A stretch of 64,000 bases of DNA from Lingula anatina. Its lineage: Eukaryota; Animalia; Brachiopoda. Where the stretch lies: the NCBI GenBank assembly GCA_051362555.1, contig CM120642.1, forward strand, positions 30,132,001 through 30,196,000, written 5' to 3'. This document shows positions 1 to 13,213 of this stretch, piece by piece; position 1 is the first letter of the stretch, and every line of letters starts with the position of its first letter. The notes beneath the pieces were generated by a model. It searched no databases. It was given only the letters and a program-made list of their open reading frames with translations, and was not told the DNA's origin. Position numbers and translations under genes: made by a program.

Positions 1-1097
1 CAGAAAGATCACCGCAGTTTACTTTAGGGTGTCAAAGCAAGCATGCATGACCGAACACGGAGATTCAATCAAAGGGAGTCTGGTCATCTAAAGACCAATG
101 CTACTACCGAAACAGCAAACACAGAATTTTATTTTGCTAAGATTTCAAAAGCAGAGTATATGTGCAAGGGATCTACACTGCTGTTGCACGAATACCACAT
201 ATTCGTCAATATCCAAACACACAGCTAAATAATACGTGTCTTTTAAACACTGCACTCATAACTGCCGCTATTCCCTCCAATATGCCAGCACGGAAAACAA
301 GGGGGTGACAGCGGCAACACAGAATCCTTAATCTTAACAAACAACACGGAAACACAGTAACTTTAAACGGCCACAAAATTCAGTTCTCTGCTGAGGTTAA
401 AAACAGGTAACGCAGAGCCCGCGCCACCGCCCACCTTTTACATGGTAAAACGAACCACCTAAGGCACCTAGCAAACCGGTTTGACTGGTAGCCGGGTAGC
501 GTATATCCGGCCTGTTGTTGTATCCCAGGCCACCGAATACGTTGAATAAACCGAAGGTGAACTTCTAAGTGCTTGGGAAAGAAAATATGAGATTTTTTTT
601 GCGAAATAAGCAATCGCTTTGAGTGGTTTGGGCACACCGGGGAAGGCAAGGGACGCTACAACGCTTGATTGGCTGATGTATTAAAGGCGCGTCACCAGAG
701 TTGCCAGGTGGAAAAACGTTGCACTAGATAACCAAGGGAACTTCTATTTCCCATACAACTTGTTTCGATACGTAGATTCCAAATGAATTTGAGATTTCTG
801 GCACAGTGTTTAATGTCGTTTATGGTCAGGATTGCAAAGTTTATTTGCGCCCTGTTCTTGTGTCACGTACATTGTACACCTTGATAATTAACATGACTGT
901 TCAACTGTTTGGATCCCTTCCCATTTGTGCGTTGCTGAATCGTCACTCATTTTTATCTTTGAAGCGTTTGGCTTTTATGCAAGTTCAACACAAATTGAAA
1001 GTAACAAATATAAACTTCAAATACGTTTTTTTAGAAATGAGTTACAACATTAAATTAAATAGAATAAGGATGTTATATAAATAAAAAAGAAACTCAC

Positions 1098-1284
1098 CAT
1101 CTGCTTCTGTTGGCAGGCGGTTCTCCATTTATCGGCGTTCTTCTTGGCGACGTCCAGTTCTCTCTCCATGAAGTCCACGCGTCTTCTCAGAAGGTTGATT
1201 TCGGACTCGTAGTCAGAGAGGGTCTGGTGGTTCCTCTCGATCTCGTCTTTGTCTTGGTTGCGGAGATTAAGCAGATCTGCATTC
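1098..1284 (-). CDS. Intermediate filament protein, coding exon 2 (coil 1B); the gene continues beyond the left edge of the window
   Basis: Acceptor tttttgcAG at 1286-1285 and donor GTGAGT at 1097-1092. The 187-nt exon joins exon 1 in phase 2 and reads (E)NADLLNLRNQDKDEIERNHQTLSDYESEINLLRRRVDFMERELDVAKKNADKWRTACQQKQM. This heptad pattern is typical of protostome long-coil-1B IF proteins. The exon is not in the ORF track. Confidence 0.9.
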
Positions 1285-4200
1285 CTGCAAAAAGATTGAT
1301 GATATTGGTTAACACAACGTTTTTCAATGAAAAAGCCAAGAAATCGTCCCTGATGCAGTGAAAGTGTAGGTTATAATTGATGCTATATGTTTTTTTTTAA
1401 TGCGTGTATACAGGTTGTCAAAAAATATTCCGCTTTTATGTCATACTGCTTAAACTGTACTCTAAAGGCACCTTTAATCCGTCAATATTTAGGATACTCA
1501 ACATCATGAGCAAGATTTTTTACCCCTCATATAGGATAACCAAATGTACTGGGCTAGAAGACTATTGGTCCCACTTATTGTTGTTAAAATATCATAGTTT
1601 TTTAGAAGATAAAATCAATGGGAAAGGACGGGCAAATTTTGAAAAATGCACCCTATATACCGATATTATAGTTGTGCCACGTGTCTCACTTCCTTTTTTT
1701 TTAACGCTTAATATGGGCTATGATGATGATCCGGGTTTTCTGTGCTATGGTTACTGATTGAATTATGTACAATTGAAAGGGGGTCATTGCATTTTTTCTC
1801 CGGTATCAAATCTACACAGTTACAATGTAAAATATATTTTATCCAGTGTGTATATTTTATTTTTAAAAAAATCGACACCTAATATTTGAACAATTTTCAT
1901 ATCAGCCAAAGCGAGCTTGGGGCGAAGGCAACGTTTATGGAAAGGGCATGCATATGATGACATAAAATTTGAAAAATTGCCGACAACATCTGTATTAACT
2001 GGTTCTTTGAAGTTTTTATGAGCGTTTTAAAACAGAGAGACATAAAATTCTCAGCTGTTGTTTTACCCATTAAAATCTGAATCAGACCAAATGTGAAAAT
2101 GTAAGGACACACGTGCCTCTTTATGTTTCATTTAGTAACTGGATTCTTTTTCCAGAACCAGATATGCTGGTAGATATGGTAGATAGGCTAAGCTTTACAC
2201 AAATACATAATGGATGCATACTGATATATGGATCAAGAAGACACATTAATGTAGACCTAAACCTAATATAATACCACGTAACATAACTAGACTCAAGAGA
2301 TCAGAATGCATTGTACCAAATCGTTTTCAACAAAACTTATTTCAGTCAGTCAGTCTATTCAACCACAAATCACACACTTTTATATAAACTAGATTCCCTT
2401 AAACCAACGGGAGAGAGAGAAATTTAATGACACCCATAAATATGCCACATCACTCCATTTCACGTGAAGGTGGATCGCAAACTATCGTCTGCTACCATGG
2501 TGATTTACCGTCTGCTTTCATCGTTCGACCTAGCACCGGCATGACATTATATTTCATTAATATTGGCTGTTTGAAAAGAGAAACTATTGTATATCATGAT
2601 GCGACTGAAGTCTACATACACGATACCATACAGCTGCATATCGAAAATTCACTTTGCATACCCACATCACACACGCCATATGCTTCAACCATGAATATTT
2701 TAAGATGACAGGACTAATGCACATGGAATCGTGTGGGATACATAAAGGCGGGGCCTACAAGGCACAAGTCATATAGAGTTTGCTCATACGCTTGTGAAAT
2801 ATATGAATGACAACTCTTTTAGTTCTTTTTAGATGCATATAGTTCTTTTTAGATGCAAATAGTATAGTAGCAACCAAAATTTCAGCGACTTACAATTCGT
2901 TCTCAGACCCCACAGAGAGAAGTCGGCGCCATAGTTTTTAACATTGCATAACAAAGGATTATAAGGTTACATATCTCTAACAAACATCTGTTTGACCGAG
3001 ATTTTTTCATGTTTACCACGAGACATTGAGCGACATTTTTTTTATTGTTCAAGTGGGACATGACTTAAGGGTATGATTTCATAATATATAAGTGTTTCGG
3101 TTTTTACAAAATATAAAGTTCCATAAATGCAAAATCTCAATTAATAAAATTCCCTTGAAATATAAGAATTTGCATTGCAACAACATAGTGACGACGCTTT
3201 ACAAATTAACAGGACGACGTGCGTTCCGGTTCGACACCATTTTTGTCAATCAAGAGCACAGCGGAAGGTGCAAACAAGAGGTGACATTCCCAAATAATAC
3301 TCCCGGTATAGGGACGCCCGTGGCAAGAGGAAAAAATGACCCATTGTGATGTCGGCAGCATTCGCGACACGCAACTTGCACCACTGCGGTAGGAAAAAAT
3401 CAGACATTAGGATTTCATGAAGTACGAATCAATAACAGAAATAATTATGCAACGGAATTATGAATACAAGTGCCTGGAGAGACCCAATGAGTCATCTTTA
3501 GTAAACTGAAAGACAGCAGAACTGGTCGGAAGACAAACATTAGCTTAAAGTGGCGGTGTGGGATTACAACTAGGAAGATGCTAGGAAGATGACAAAACCA
3601 AACAAAGACACTTTGTTTGGCGTTATATGTGCTAACCTAGTGGAAGCTGAATCGTTGAATTTGAGAATTTGTGCGTTCTCAAGATCTAGATCCTCAATTA
3701 TTTTCATTTTGCAGTACCAATCGTAAATTCAATAGTTTTCAGTATTGAATACCAACGCCCGTCCATGTCTATCTGAGTAACATTCCCACCGGTGTGAAAC
3801 AAATCTTCGCACATGCCATCAAGTTTTACAAACAGAAATACTCGCATTCTGCAGTATTATTCATGATTTTCAACATTTGTGAGTAAATGTACTGGGTTGA
3901 ACTCTGTTATGACCCATGCTAACACTTAGTTTACAGCAACTTGCAAATATTTTCTTCGACATTATCACTGTTCACCTCTCGCTGAAGTTACGTCACGCAG
4001 GTGTTACGATTGTCACGGTCAATTTCAGTCGTAGCACGTCAGAACAATAACGTGTGCGGACAAACGTACCAAAGGGGAATAAAGTAACTAATGAGTCGTT
4101 AAATTTGGGGATCACGAAGTGAGACCGCGAACTAGCCCTTGCAGTTCCTGATTGTAAACAATTACGCGCTCAATTAGCACATTGTAATCACTGTATACTG

Positions 4201-7200
4201 ACATTACCGACTTTGTTGCCGAGATTTTTAAACAGCGTAACGTATGCCTTTTACAACAAAATACATCATCTTCACCTTTTTTACGGACAAACAGACAATC
4301 CGCTGACAATGGCCATACCCCATTCTTATTTGTTAAATGTCTTTCTCAGGGATAAAAAGCAACAATGCAGTTAAACTTTAATCAATTTTTTCACATGTAT
4401 AATAATGATATTGGTAAACATTCCACGACTAGTGACAAACCGCAAAAAGAAGACTTCCCAAGTCTAAGCTGTGCAACCTTAATTTCGTTTGATCAAATGT
4501 GACATCATTCGTCCGGTGTAGCGCCGCAGGTGTCATTTGTCACCTGTGTCTGTCCCAGACAAGGTGAGGATGACAAGAGGGGACGGGGTGCCGGATTATA
4601 CCAACTAGCACAGAGCCACAGCGACAGACATCACGCCCTTAATTAATTGAAAGCTGGAACAAGGAGTCAATGACAGAAGGAGACAGCAATCGCATGACAG
4701 TGACAATGACACGAGTCAGACGACACAGGGCGTTGATTTGGAATATTAACAGAAATACTTATGTTCTTCTGCCCATTTGTATCTATTTGAAGGCCAGAAG
4801 ATGGGTGACTTCCTAACTGTAGACAACCTTACGGAACCAGGCTAACGCCCTTGATTAATGGCATCAGCATTTTATCAATGGCCTCCAGTATTTGCATTGC
4901 ATTAACACGGGCAGGGCATATGTATACGGTTTAATTTGAAAGCTGCCTCGGTTCATTTTAAAATTGCTTTAAGATAAAGAATGTGCTTGGCCTTTCTTTT
5001 CCGAGGTCAAAACAGATTCTAACAGATTTTAAATTGAATTTTTATCGATTTGCATTCGGTAAAGATGCAGTGAAATATAACACTACTTGAAATGTGTGAA
5101 ACCGTGCTTATTCTCAAAATTGGATCTACCTAAACCTTTGCCGACACAGTAACTCCGTATCAGATGTTTAAATAGCACCTGTTCATATTTGCTAAATGGC
5201 ATTTGTCAAGCTGAGTAATAATTCAACGTAAATGTTATCCCCCTGCCCCATTTTTGACTGTGGATGTTAAAAAATGGGCCACTTAAGCGTCGTTAACAAC
5301 CTTGCTGTCGAGCTCCGCCCTTTAAACAGGTGGGATGGGGAATTTGTATTTAGCTTCCATAGCAGCGTCTGTTGCTCACTAGATGTGCTGTCACCCAAGG
5401 GCATGCTGTGAACTCTGCTGCGTTCCCAGCTTGCCCTCCAGACAGCACGAGTAGAGCAAACATGAACACCATTACTCAGGTGGGGGCACACCTTGCACAG
5501 GAAGAGAGTCAGCTACTATTAGTTTACCGTCTACTCATCACTATGTCACCCAGTCCCCTACGATAATCCCATGTACCTGTTGATGACAATGCTTACACTA
5601 GTGCAGCTGACCTTTCCTACTGACCCTTGCTGACCAATGACCACCACTTAGCTCCGTCGCCTCACAAGAATATCATCTTAAAACAGATGAGCTGACCTCA
5701 CTTAAACGGTGCTGTTTGGATAGCGTGTTCGAGTGTATTTATTTTACTTTAAGTGAGAGATTAATTGCATTAGCAAACAAACCCGAATGCATTAGAATTT
5801 TACAAGTCCGGAAAGTGCCAGGTGCTTATTTTTCGGATGATGTTTCAGGTTTAGTGTGCTGTATTGGATATTTTGTGTCTAGGGAATGAGGAAATCCTTT
5901 CAAGTTAATTTCTTATTCACTCCACTGGGTATACTTTTTCTCTACTTCAACATCTACAGCACCTCCAGGGTTTCTGGAACCAGACGGCGATCTGTCAAGC
6001 GTTGCAGTCATCGATTCATATGTAATGTTTAGATTGCATATCTATATTGGGAGCAAATATCATGCCCTGCTTTTTTTATTCAATGGAAAATAAAGGGATA
6101 ATTTAGAAAATGGGACATGCCCTTATACATACTTCACCCAAGCTGTACAGTGTACTATGAAAGTATTTTAGTATATTGACGAAGACATGAGAGCCCCGCC
6201 CTCTGATGAGTCAGTGCTAATTGCATTTTAATTACTTTTTTTGCGCAGCATGTTTTTTATAAATATGGAAATGAGGAAAAATTCCAAACTGTGTTTCTAC
6301 GTTGGATATCGAGCAGGCATGGGGCGTGCACATGGTATGTTCACCAATAAAACTATAATTAAGCACGCTGGAAACAACACATCAATTGATAATACAACAT
6401 GATATTTTATATATACCAGCAGACCAACTTCATCTACCGTAGATCCTGTAATATCTGACATATAGCTCAACGTGTATGATAAGAGGAAGAAATAACCCGC
6501 AGTTCATATATTCTTTAACGTACACTTGCGGTTAGTCGATTCCTTCAGCTGTTCCCCCGTCATATTTATATAACCACGCCGGGCTGCATTCTCAAGATAT
6601 GCGCACGTACATGCCCTTCTATTTTTGGTTGAATATATATAGCAAATATAACATGCAACACTTATATCAAAACTCTACGGCCAATCTTACTTATACTATG
6701 GTTTTTAAACAGCAACGTTGAGTTGCTGGACGAGGGGGTTGGTTGTAAATCCTGATCTAACAACCCCCACCCTACCCAACCCAATGTGACTGCAAAGAGA
6801 ACAACATCAGTGATGTAGAAATGGCATGCAAATAAAACCAATTTGCTCTCCAGATTGATTTCCTTACTGCGGCCTTAAATCGATGTAAAAGCCCACATTA
6901 GGACCCCAGTGAAACTGCAGTTTAGAAGATATGTGTGCTTAGATGCTAACATGCAGAAAGAAGTAGCCCCGACAGCAATGGCAGACGATATATTGAAACT
7001 GAAGTTTTTCGTTTGTTGTCAAGGACAGACATGTGTGAAAACACGTCATCCCGCGTTGCATTTTGTTAAGTTAAAGAGCCTTGATTCTAATGCTTCCGAC
7101 AGAAGGATGATTTTCTAAAAATTAACTAAACTGATTAAATGCAAAATACTAATCGAGATATGCAAATATTGGTAGTAAGCAATTAAGCAATTTTTTCAGG

Positions 7201-9481
7201 GACGTGTATCGTTTTGCCGGTGTGCTTGGTGTGGTTGAATACAGCCCCCAGATTTAGTTTACTTGTTCAGCACGTACGAGTTAACTGGCCGTAGTTATCT
7301 ATATCTTAGGAAGTGTATAGATCGCAATGGCTTTATCAGCTCAGGCATTTTGTTAACACACTGATTTATCTGATTAACAGCGTTTTGTGGATAAAAAACA
7401 GGCATTTTGCATAGCGATATAGGTTGTATTTTTATTATGTTTCGTCTTTATAAAGAGGGAGAGAAACGCCGCAGGGAGTTTACTTGATTGCACGAATTTA
7501 GCACTTTGCTATAAAAACCTCATGACTTGCTATTTAAAAAAATTGAATTACCTTTACTGAATAAATAATTAACGCCAGAAAAAAATATATTTCTTCGGTG
7601 AAAATGACACTAACTACAAAGGTCTCGACAAGGGTGTTTACTTTCGCACTACCACGTGCACAGAAAACGCCGGCCGGCACCGGCCTTGTTAGCTTGCGTG
7701 TCACGTTAAGCGGTAAAACTGGTTATGAGTTTGGGAACGCTTTCGCATGACGTCACTTCCTCGACTTTAGAGTTAACACCTATAAATGGGACATCGTTCA
7801 GCTGTCTGAATTCATGACTTTATAAGGAAAAGGAGACTTGGCAGTATGCTAATAACTTAAATGTACGCCCTGTTGACAACAACGAAGACACATTTGGTTT
7901 GGAGAAGGAAAAGCCCAGATTCCATAAAAATTCTACTGGGTGGCAAAAATTCTGAATGAATTCATTGACAAATCCCCCCTGGGCGTGAGGTGAAACAAGC
8001 GACATCGGCTGTTTTCCCATTGCTCCTGCATACAAATATGACTAGGTAAAAGCAGCTCTGCGCGACCTCTACTGCAAACAAAGGTCGCAAAAGACAAACA
8101 TGAAAACAGGCCAAACTGGTTTACACGACGCATTGATAAAACCTGATTTTGTTAACTCTCCTTTAGGGATACAAAATACGCAGTCACAGCGTCAAACCTT
8201 TTTTCTTTTTTTTTAATTTTAGGGAGGGGGAAATAAAAACCACCAGAAACATTTTTAAAGTCTTTGCTCCATATATTGATTAAAATTTGAGTGCATAAAT
8301 AAACAGCGTTGGCTTCCAAAGAGTTTCCGCTTGGCCTGAAACATTGTCAACGCCACCCAGTGCACAACAGCTGAATAAAAGGCACTGCATCATTGAAGCA
8401 CACGTTATTTCTTACTTAACATTTAAAGACCGCAATCACTAGTTCCCGAGTTACAGTAAGGGGAACCTGTTGATTCAATCCACTTAAACTCAAAACAACT
8501 GATAGGCGCAATGCACATACTCATAGGTAAACGGCTTTGTATAGTTCAAGCGGCAGCGAGAGTAATGAACCCAAGAGGACGTACTTGGTAACTCGAGAAA
8601 ACTCATTTCGACATAATATGCATTTGAAACTTATGAATACACTTTGATGACCTTCGTAGATTTCCCAAACCGTGACTGTCTCTAACGGCTACTCTAACAA
8701 CTCAGACGGTGCCAAGAGCAAATAAAGCAAGTTGAGCTAATTCTGTTATCAGTGATAGTGGCCGCTATTTCACACAGCCGGTGTGAAGAAGGGTGTGGGG
8801 GGGGGGGGGGGTGCGAGGCAGTACGCGTTCTGTATTACCTGCAAGACGGGAGTTATTAAGGTAGAATAGCTTTACTGGCTCCGTGCTGTTTGTTGCACAC
8901 CTGGTAAGCCGATATGAGGCACGTCTTAGCGAATGAGTGGCTGCAGAAGAATTCCCTTATAAAGTTTCACGTGTGGTTCTTTGGCTTACTCATTCAAGCA
9001 CAAGAGGGCAGAAGTCTTGAAAAACAATTTTGCATTGATCTCTTTTTCAGCAGAGTCAGTAATGAAACAACCCATCTGGACGGTAAACACGTTACGCCGA
9101 TTACGCATCACTACGTTAATGTGCACTCACGCGAGATTTACGTAAGTTCTATTTTTTAAAACAGACCGACCGACAGGCTTTTGGGAAATTGTTTGCACTA
9201 TGAATCGAATAAGGTCACACCTTTTTAACACGCTTATCAACCCGCAGACGCGTTGAATAGCGTCAGTCGTTCAGATTGAAAGTCGGGCAATGATATTGTG
9301 AGTTTGTATACACTTCCCTTTTACCGGATTTTTAAACCTTTTAAAACACTATACATATTGCTAACACGGCATACCTACGGCGCCTAAAACCATCGCGCTT
9401 TTAAAGGGTTAACATAATAACTGAGCCCTGCATATAATCTTCATAAACAGCACGTATAACATGGATGAAGATACTACTTAC

Positions 9482-10068
9482 TCTCTTTGCAAGTCTTCAA
9501 TCTGCTCCTCGAGACCCGCCAACTTGGCCTCCAACGCTCTGTACCTAGTGTCAGCGTCGTCTCTCTGCTTGCGCAATTCCGTCATCTCCCCCTCGAACAT
9601 AACCTTGATGGAGGCGGTCTCCTTTCCCCATTTCGCTTTTAGATTCTCCAACTCCGCAGCAAGTTTGCGGTTTTGGGCCTCCAAAAAGCGTACCTTCTCG
9701 ATATAGCTTGCAAAACGCTCATTCAGATCTTGCATATCTTGCTTTTCCCTTTCGCGTGTTTTGGCCACGTTATCGGCCGCGTTGCTGCTGATCGCAGAGG
9801 AGCCTCTGGAGGCACCGTATCCATAACTGACCACGACTTGCCTGGACATACCCGCGCCAGCGCCACCGGCGCCTATGCCGGGAAACACGGGTCCTTTGCC
9901 ATACCTTCCGTGGCGACTAGCGACAGGTTTGTAAGAAGAAGACGACGAAGAAGCGGAGCTCTCGTAGTGCATGGTTTTGGCACCCCCACCCCCACCTCCC
10001 ATCTGGCCCCCACCAGAAGAGCTGCTGCTCTCCGTTTTCTTCGTTATCTTAACGCTGGAACTCGACAT
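9482..10068 (-). CDS. Cytoplasmic intermediate filament (neurofilament-like) protein, coding exon 1: Ser/Gly-rich head, coil 1A, start of coil 1B
   Basis: ORF 9478..10068 has a Ser/Gly/Tyr-rich head followed by the coil-1A consensus (REREKQDMQDLNERFASYIEKVRFLEAQNRKL). A GTAAGT donor at 9481-9476 on the minus strand ends the exon in phase 2, so the ORF's TAA lies inside the intron. Confidence 0.95.
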
Positions 10069-10164
10069 GTTTTGTTGTTAGTGCGCTCCGAAAAAATGGA
10101 TGGCCTGCAGTATAATTCTATCTAAGAAGCCTTCGCCCGGTGCCTGTCGTACCTAGCTGCGACG

Positions 10165-10270
10165 TACTGTGTAGAGCGCTTGCTATAAGAGGAGCCGGGT
10201 ATTTAAAGCAGCGTGCTCGGCCTACTATTGATTAATCCTGACTTTGGATTGGCTGTTTTGCGTCACGTGG
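10165..10270 (-). promoter_or_regulatory. Putative core promoter of the IF gene
   Basis: On the minus strand, in order toward the ATG at 10068: CCACGTGACGC (E-box/CRE-like, 10260-10270), CAGCCAATC (CCAAT box, 10247-10255), TTTAAATA (TATA-like, 10200-10207) and an ACAGT Inr-like sequence about 30 nt downstream. Confidence 0.55.
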
Positions 10271-11008
10271 TACCGGTTATTTGTGCGTCAGACTGGAAAG
10301 CCTGACCCATGCCAAACCACAGAGAACAGGATCTGAATATGAATGGTTATAGCTTGTGCATTAAGGGCATAGTAAATCATATGCAAATCAACCTTCTTCT
10401 CTCACTCACCTAACCAAAAACTTTTTTCTACATCATTGCCATGGACTATCTAGTCAGGTTACATTAAAAGACCAATGCGTCTCGTTGGCAGCTGTAATGT
10501 CACTTGAGAGTAAGACACACACCGGTGTTACATGAAATACGTTAACATATCTACAGAGCATAGGTATGTTAGTCAGAAAATGGCGGATCAAACTTCTGTA
10601 CCCCCCCCCCCCTTTCTTTATGCCCTGTATATGGTCTTGAAGGAGGGGGGGGGTTATAATTAACAGTAGGGTCTGGTCAGACCTGGTTCAGGACGCTGTA
10701 CAAGGTGACATTGAACTCTGTGTATTGCTAATAAACATTCAATACAATACATCTGACTAAAAGCCAGCTCTGGGTTCTCATTGAGCGTTAACTCCACTAT
10801 TACCATTTTATCCGCATTTATATCTGTAGAGATAGGGTGCTTTGAGAGGCAAAATTTAAGATTGGGTTGCAAATACCGCATGTATCCCTCTTCTTATTTT
10901 GGTTAAAGTGAGTCCTAAAGGACTATGCTGCAGAAGTGTAAATACTTGAGTGTTATCTTAAGACCTCGGAAAAAGTAAAGAAAATATATGACCTCAAAGT
11001 TCAATTCC

Positions 11009-11011
<3 letters not shown>

Positions 11012-11068
<57 letters not shown>
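11012..11068. repeat. Compound (CT)n(GT)n microsatellite
   Basis: Directly visible. Confidence 0.95.
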
Positions 11069-12654
11069 CTCACCGTATTGTTTGTGCGTGTGTGCGTGCG
11101 CTTATAGGTAAACAAGATTTTTAAAAATTGAAGATAGATACTCTCTGTCCCTCAGTTCGTGTCTGAATGCGTTTGTATTTTACATAGCTGGGTATAAAAA
11201 AGAGTAGACAGACGGCTGTAAGTAGTTGCATGCTTGCCCTTGAACTGATTGATAGAGCTATACCTTTGAGGGATGCTATATAAAGCGTTACAATGGAAAG
11301 AAACCAAGGTAACCCAGTCAAAGTTGAAGTGGTAACAGAAACGGCTGTTTGAAGCGTGAAGAAATGCTGGTTTACAGGTAGTCGAAATGGGTCGTATGTA
11401 AGAGGCGAAGCTAGAAATAAAAAAAAAAAAGCTGCGGCAAATATAGCCATGTGGGTACAATGGTGACTATTTCATCGAGAAGGGCTGGAATAAAAAGCTG
11501 TCAAAAATAAGTCGCTGCTCATGAGTAAGGCATCCACTTTAAGAGCGGTTTTTCTAGAACTTCCCGGGTGTGGGGGGGACGGTCGACCACGGTCTAGGAC
11601 ATTCTGACCATCTTGCGTAGCAGGACGCCCTCACAAAGAGCATAACTCTCTCTCCTGAGCACATCAAAGCATGACACCTGTCATTAATTCAGAGTTAATC
11701 GAGGGAATAGTTTTTCTTTTCCGGTCTTCCATCTCTTTTTGATACACACGTACCTGCCAGTGTGCACTACGTACTATACTGAGAAACATTACGGGCTGCA
11801 GCTAATAACGACATTGCATTCCCATGTGTTGTCGACCATTGCTTATTGTGCAGGCCGCTTTATACCGCAATGAAAGATGTAATGCAATGTCCAACATAAC
11901 AGATTTTATTTTCCAGTTATAATCAAATTGTGTATAATGTGTACTAGGCTATGTCTATTGATTTACACGATATTGTCAGTTGTAGCTATTGAAATCCTTT
12001 GAATGGTATCTCCCTAAGAAGATATACATATAGTCCCTGCACTGAGCGTCCGATAACGTGACGTTGACACTCAGTGACGCTCGATCAGTGGGTTAAAGAT
12101 AGGAGCACAGTGTTAACGTTCACTTGTCTCTACGGGGATCAAAACTATTAGCTAATGATGCCGTTCAAAGATCGTGCTGTTCCACGCGGTGATGGCGCTT
12201 TGTGATATTTCACATAGAAAGTAACGTGTTAGATTTGCCACTCTACGAGGCCTCGCAATATCTGTAAATTTTCATATAATAAATGATCTAAATTAACAAT
12301 CAGCAATAATGTGGGGTAAATTTTTTTCTGTGAAAGAGACATCGCTAGGACCACCATGATGCTTTCGATACAAGGAAAATGCATTAGTTATAAAAAGCTT
12401 ACAACTTAAAATTTATTCAATTACCGAGCTAATGACCGAGTCTTACCTCTTCTTAACATTTTGTGCCATGCCAACAATATGATGGCCTTTCTTATTTAGG
12501 AGAAAATGCTGTAGACCATGTTTTATCACATTTAAATCTGCTAGCAAGAACACGATATCGATTTTATGATTTGTCTTGAATCCTCTTCATGATTCTTTTG
12601 ATCTGGAGTAGTTACACTGCCTTTTTAAAGGAAGAAATCACTACAGCGTTCTTC

Positions 12655-12685
<31 letters not shown>

Positions 12686-12849
12686 GTTTATTGAGCACTA
12701 AATGCATACATCACAATGACAGTCATCGTATCTACTAATCATACACATACATTTTAACCATAAAGTGTTCCCACACGAGGGGATGGTGTTAATATTGATC
12801 CTAGTGACCAATTGAGATTAAATCATATATCCAATGTATTAGTTTCCAG

Positions 12850-12920
12850 AATATAATATAATATAATATAATATAATATAATATAATATAATATAATATA
12901 ATATAATATAATATAATATA
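12850..12920. repeat. (AATAT)n pentanucleotide microsatellite
   Basis: Directly visible, about 14 units. Confidence 0.95.
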
Positions 12921-13179
12921 CACCTTTTTGTCAGCACATACCCTGTACATGTAAGTGAATAATCATAAAACCCTATTAGCTTCCAGTGGGCTCACAGTGG
13001 GACACCGCTGATTTCTGAGGTTATTTTGGAAGTATTTCCGATGTGAAAACACGCAGTATCTCTGTTCCACACTGCCATACACATGGGAAAATAGCGGTGA
13101 GGATGGAAGAGAATGGAGTGGGATACTGTGTTTAACTTGCATCTTTTTTCACCAGGCCTTTTTTGTCTCACTTTTATAA

Positions 13180-13213
<34 letters not shown>

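Noticed and set aside
1110-1361. Plus-strand 83-aa ORF
   Set aside because: It is an antisense shadow of IF exon 2.
6203-6215. CTGATGAG considered as a hammerhead ribozyme core
   Set aside because: There is no paired stem II and GAAA downstream; it is better read as an AP-1 site (TGAGTCA).
9461-10125. Plus-strand ORFs 9461..9706 and 9673..10125
   Set aside because: They are antisense shadows of IF exon 1.
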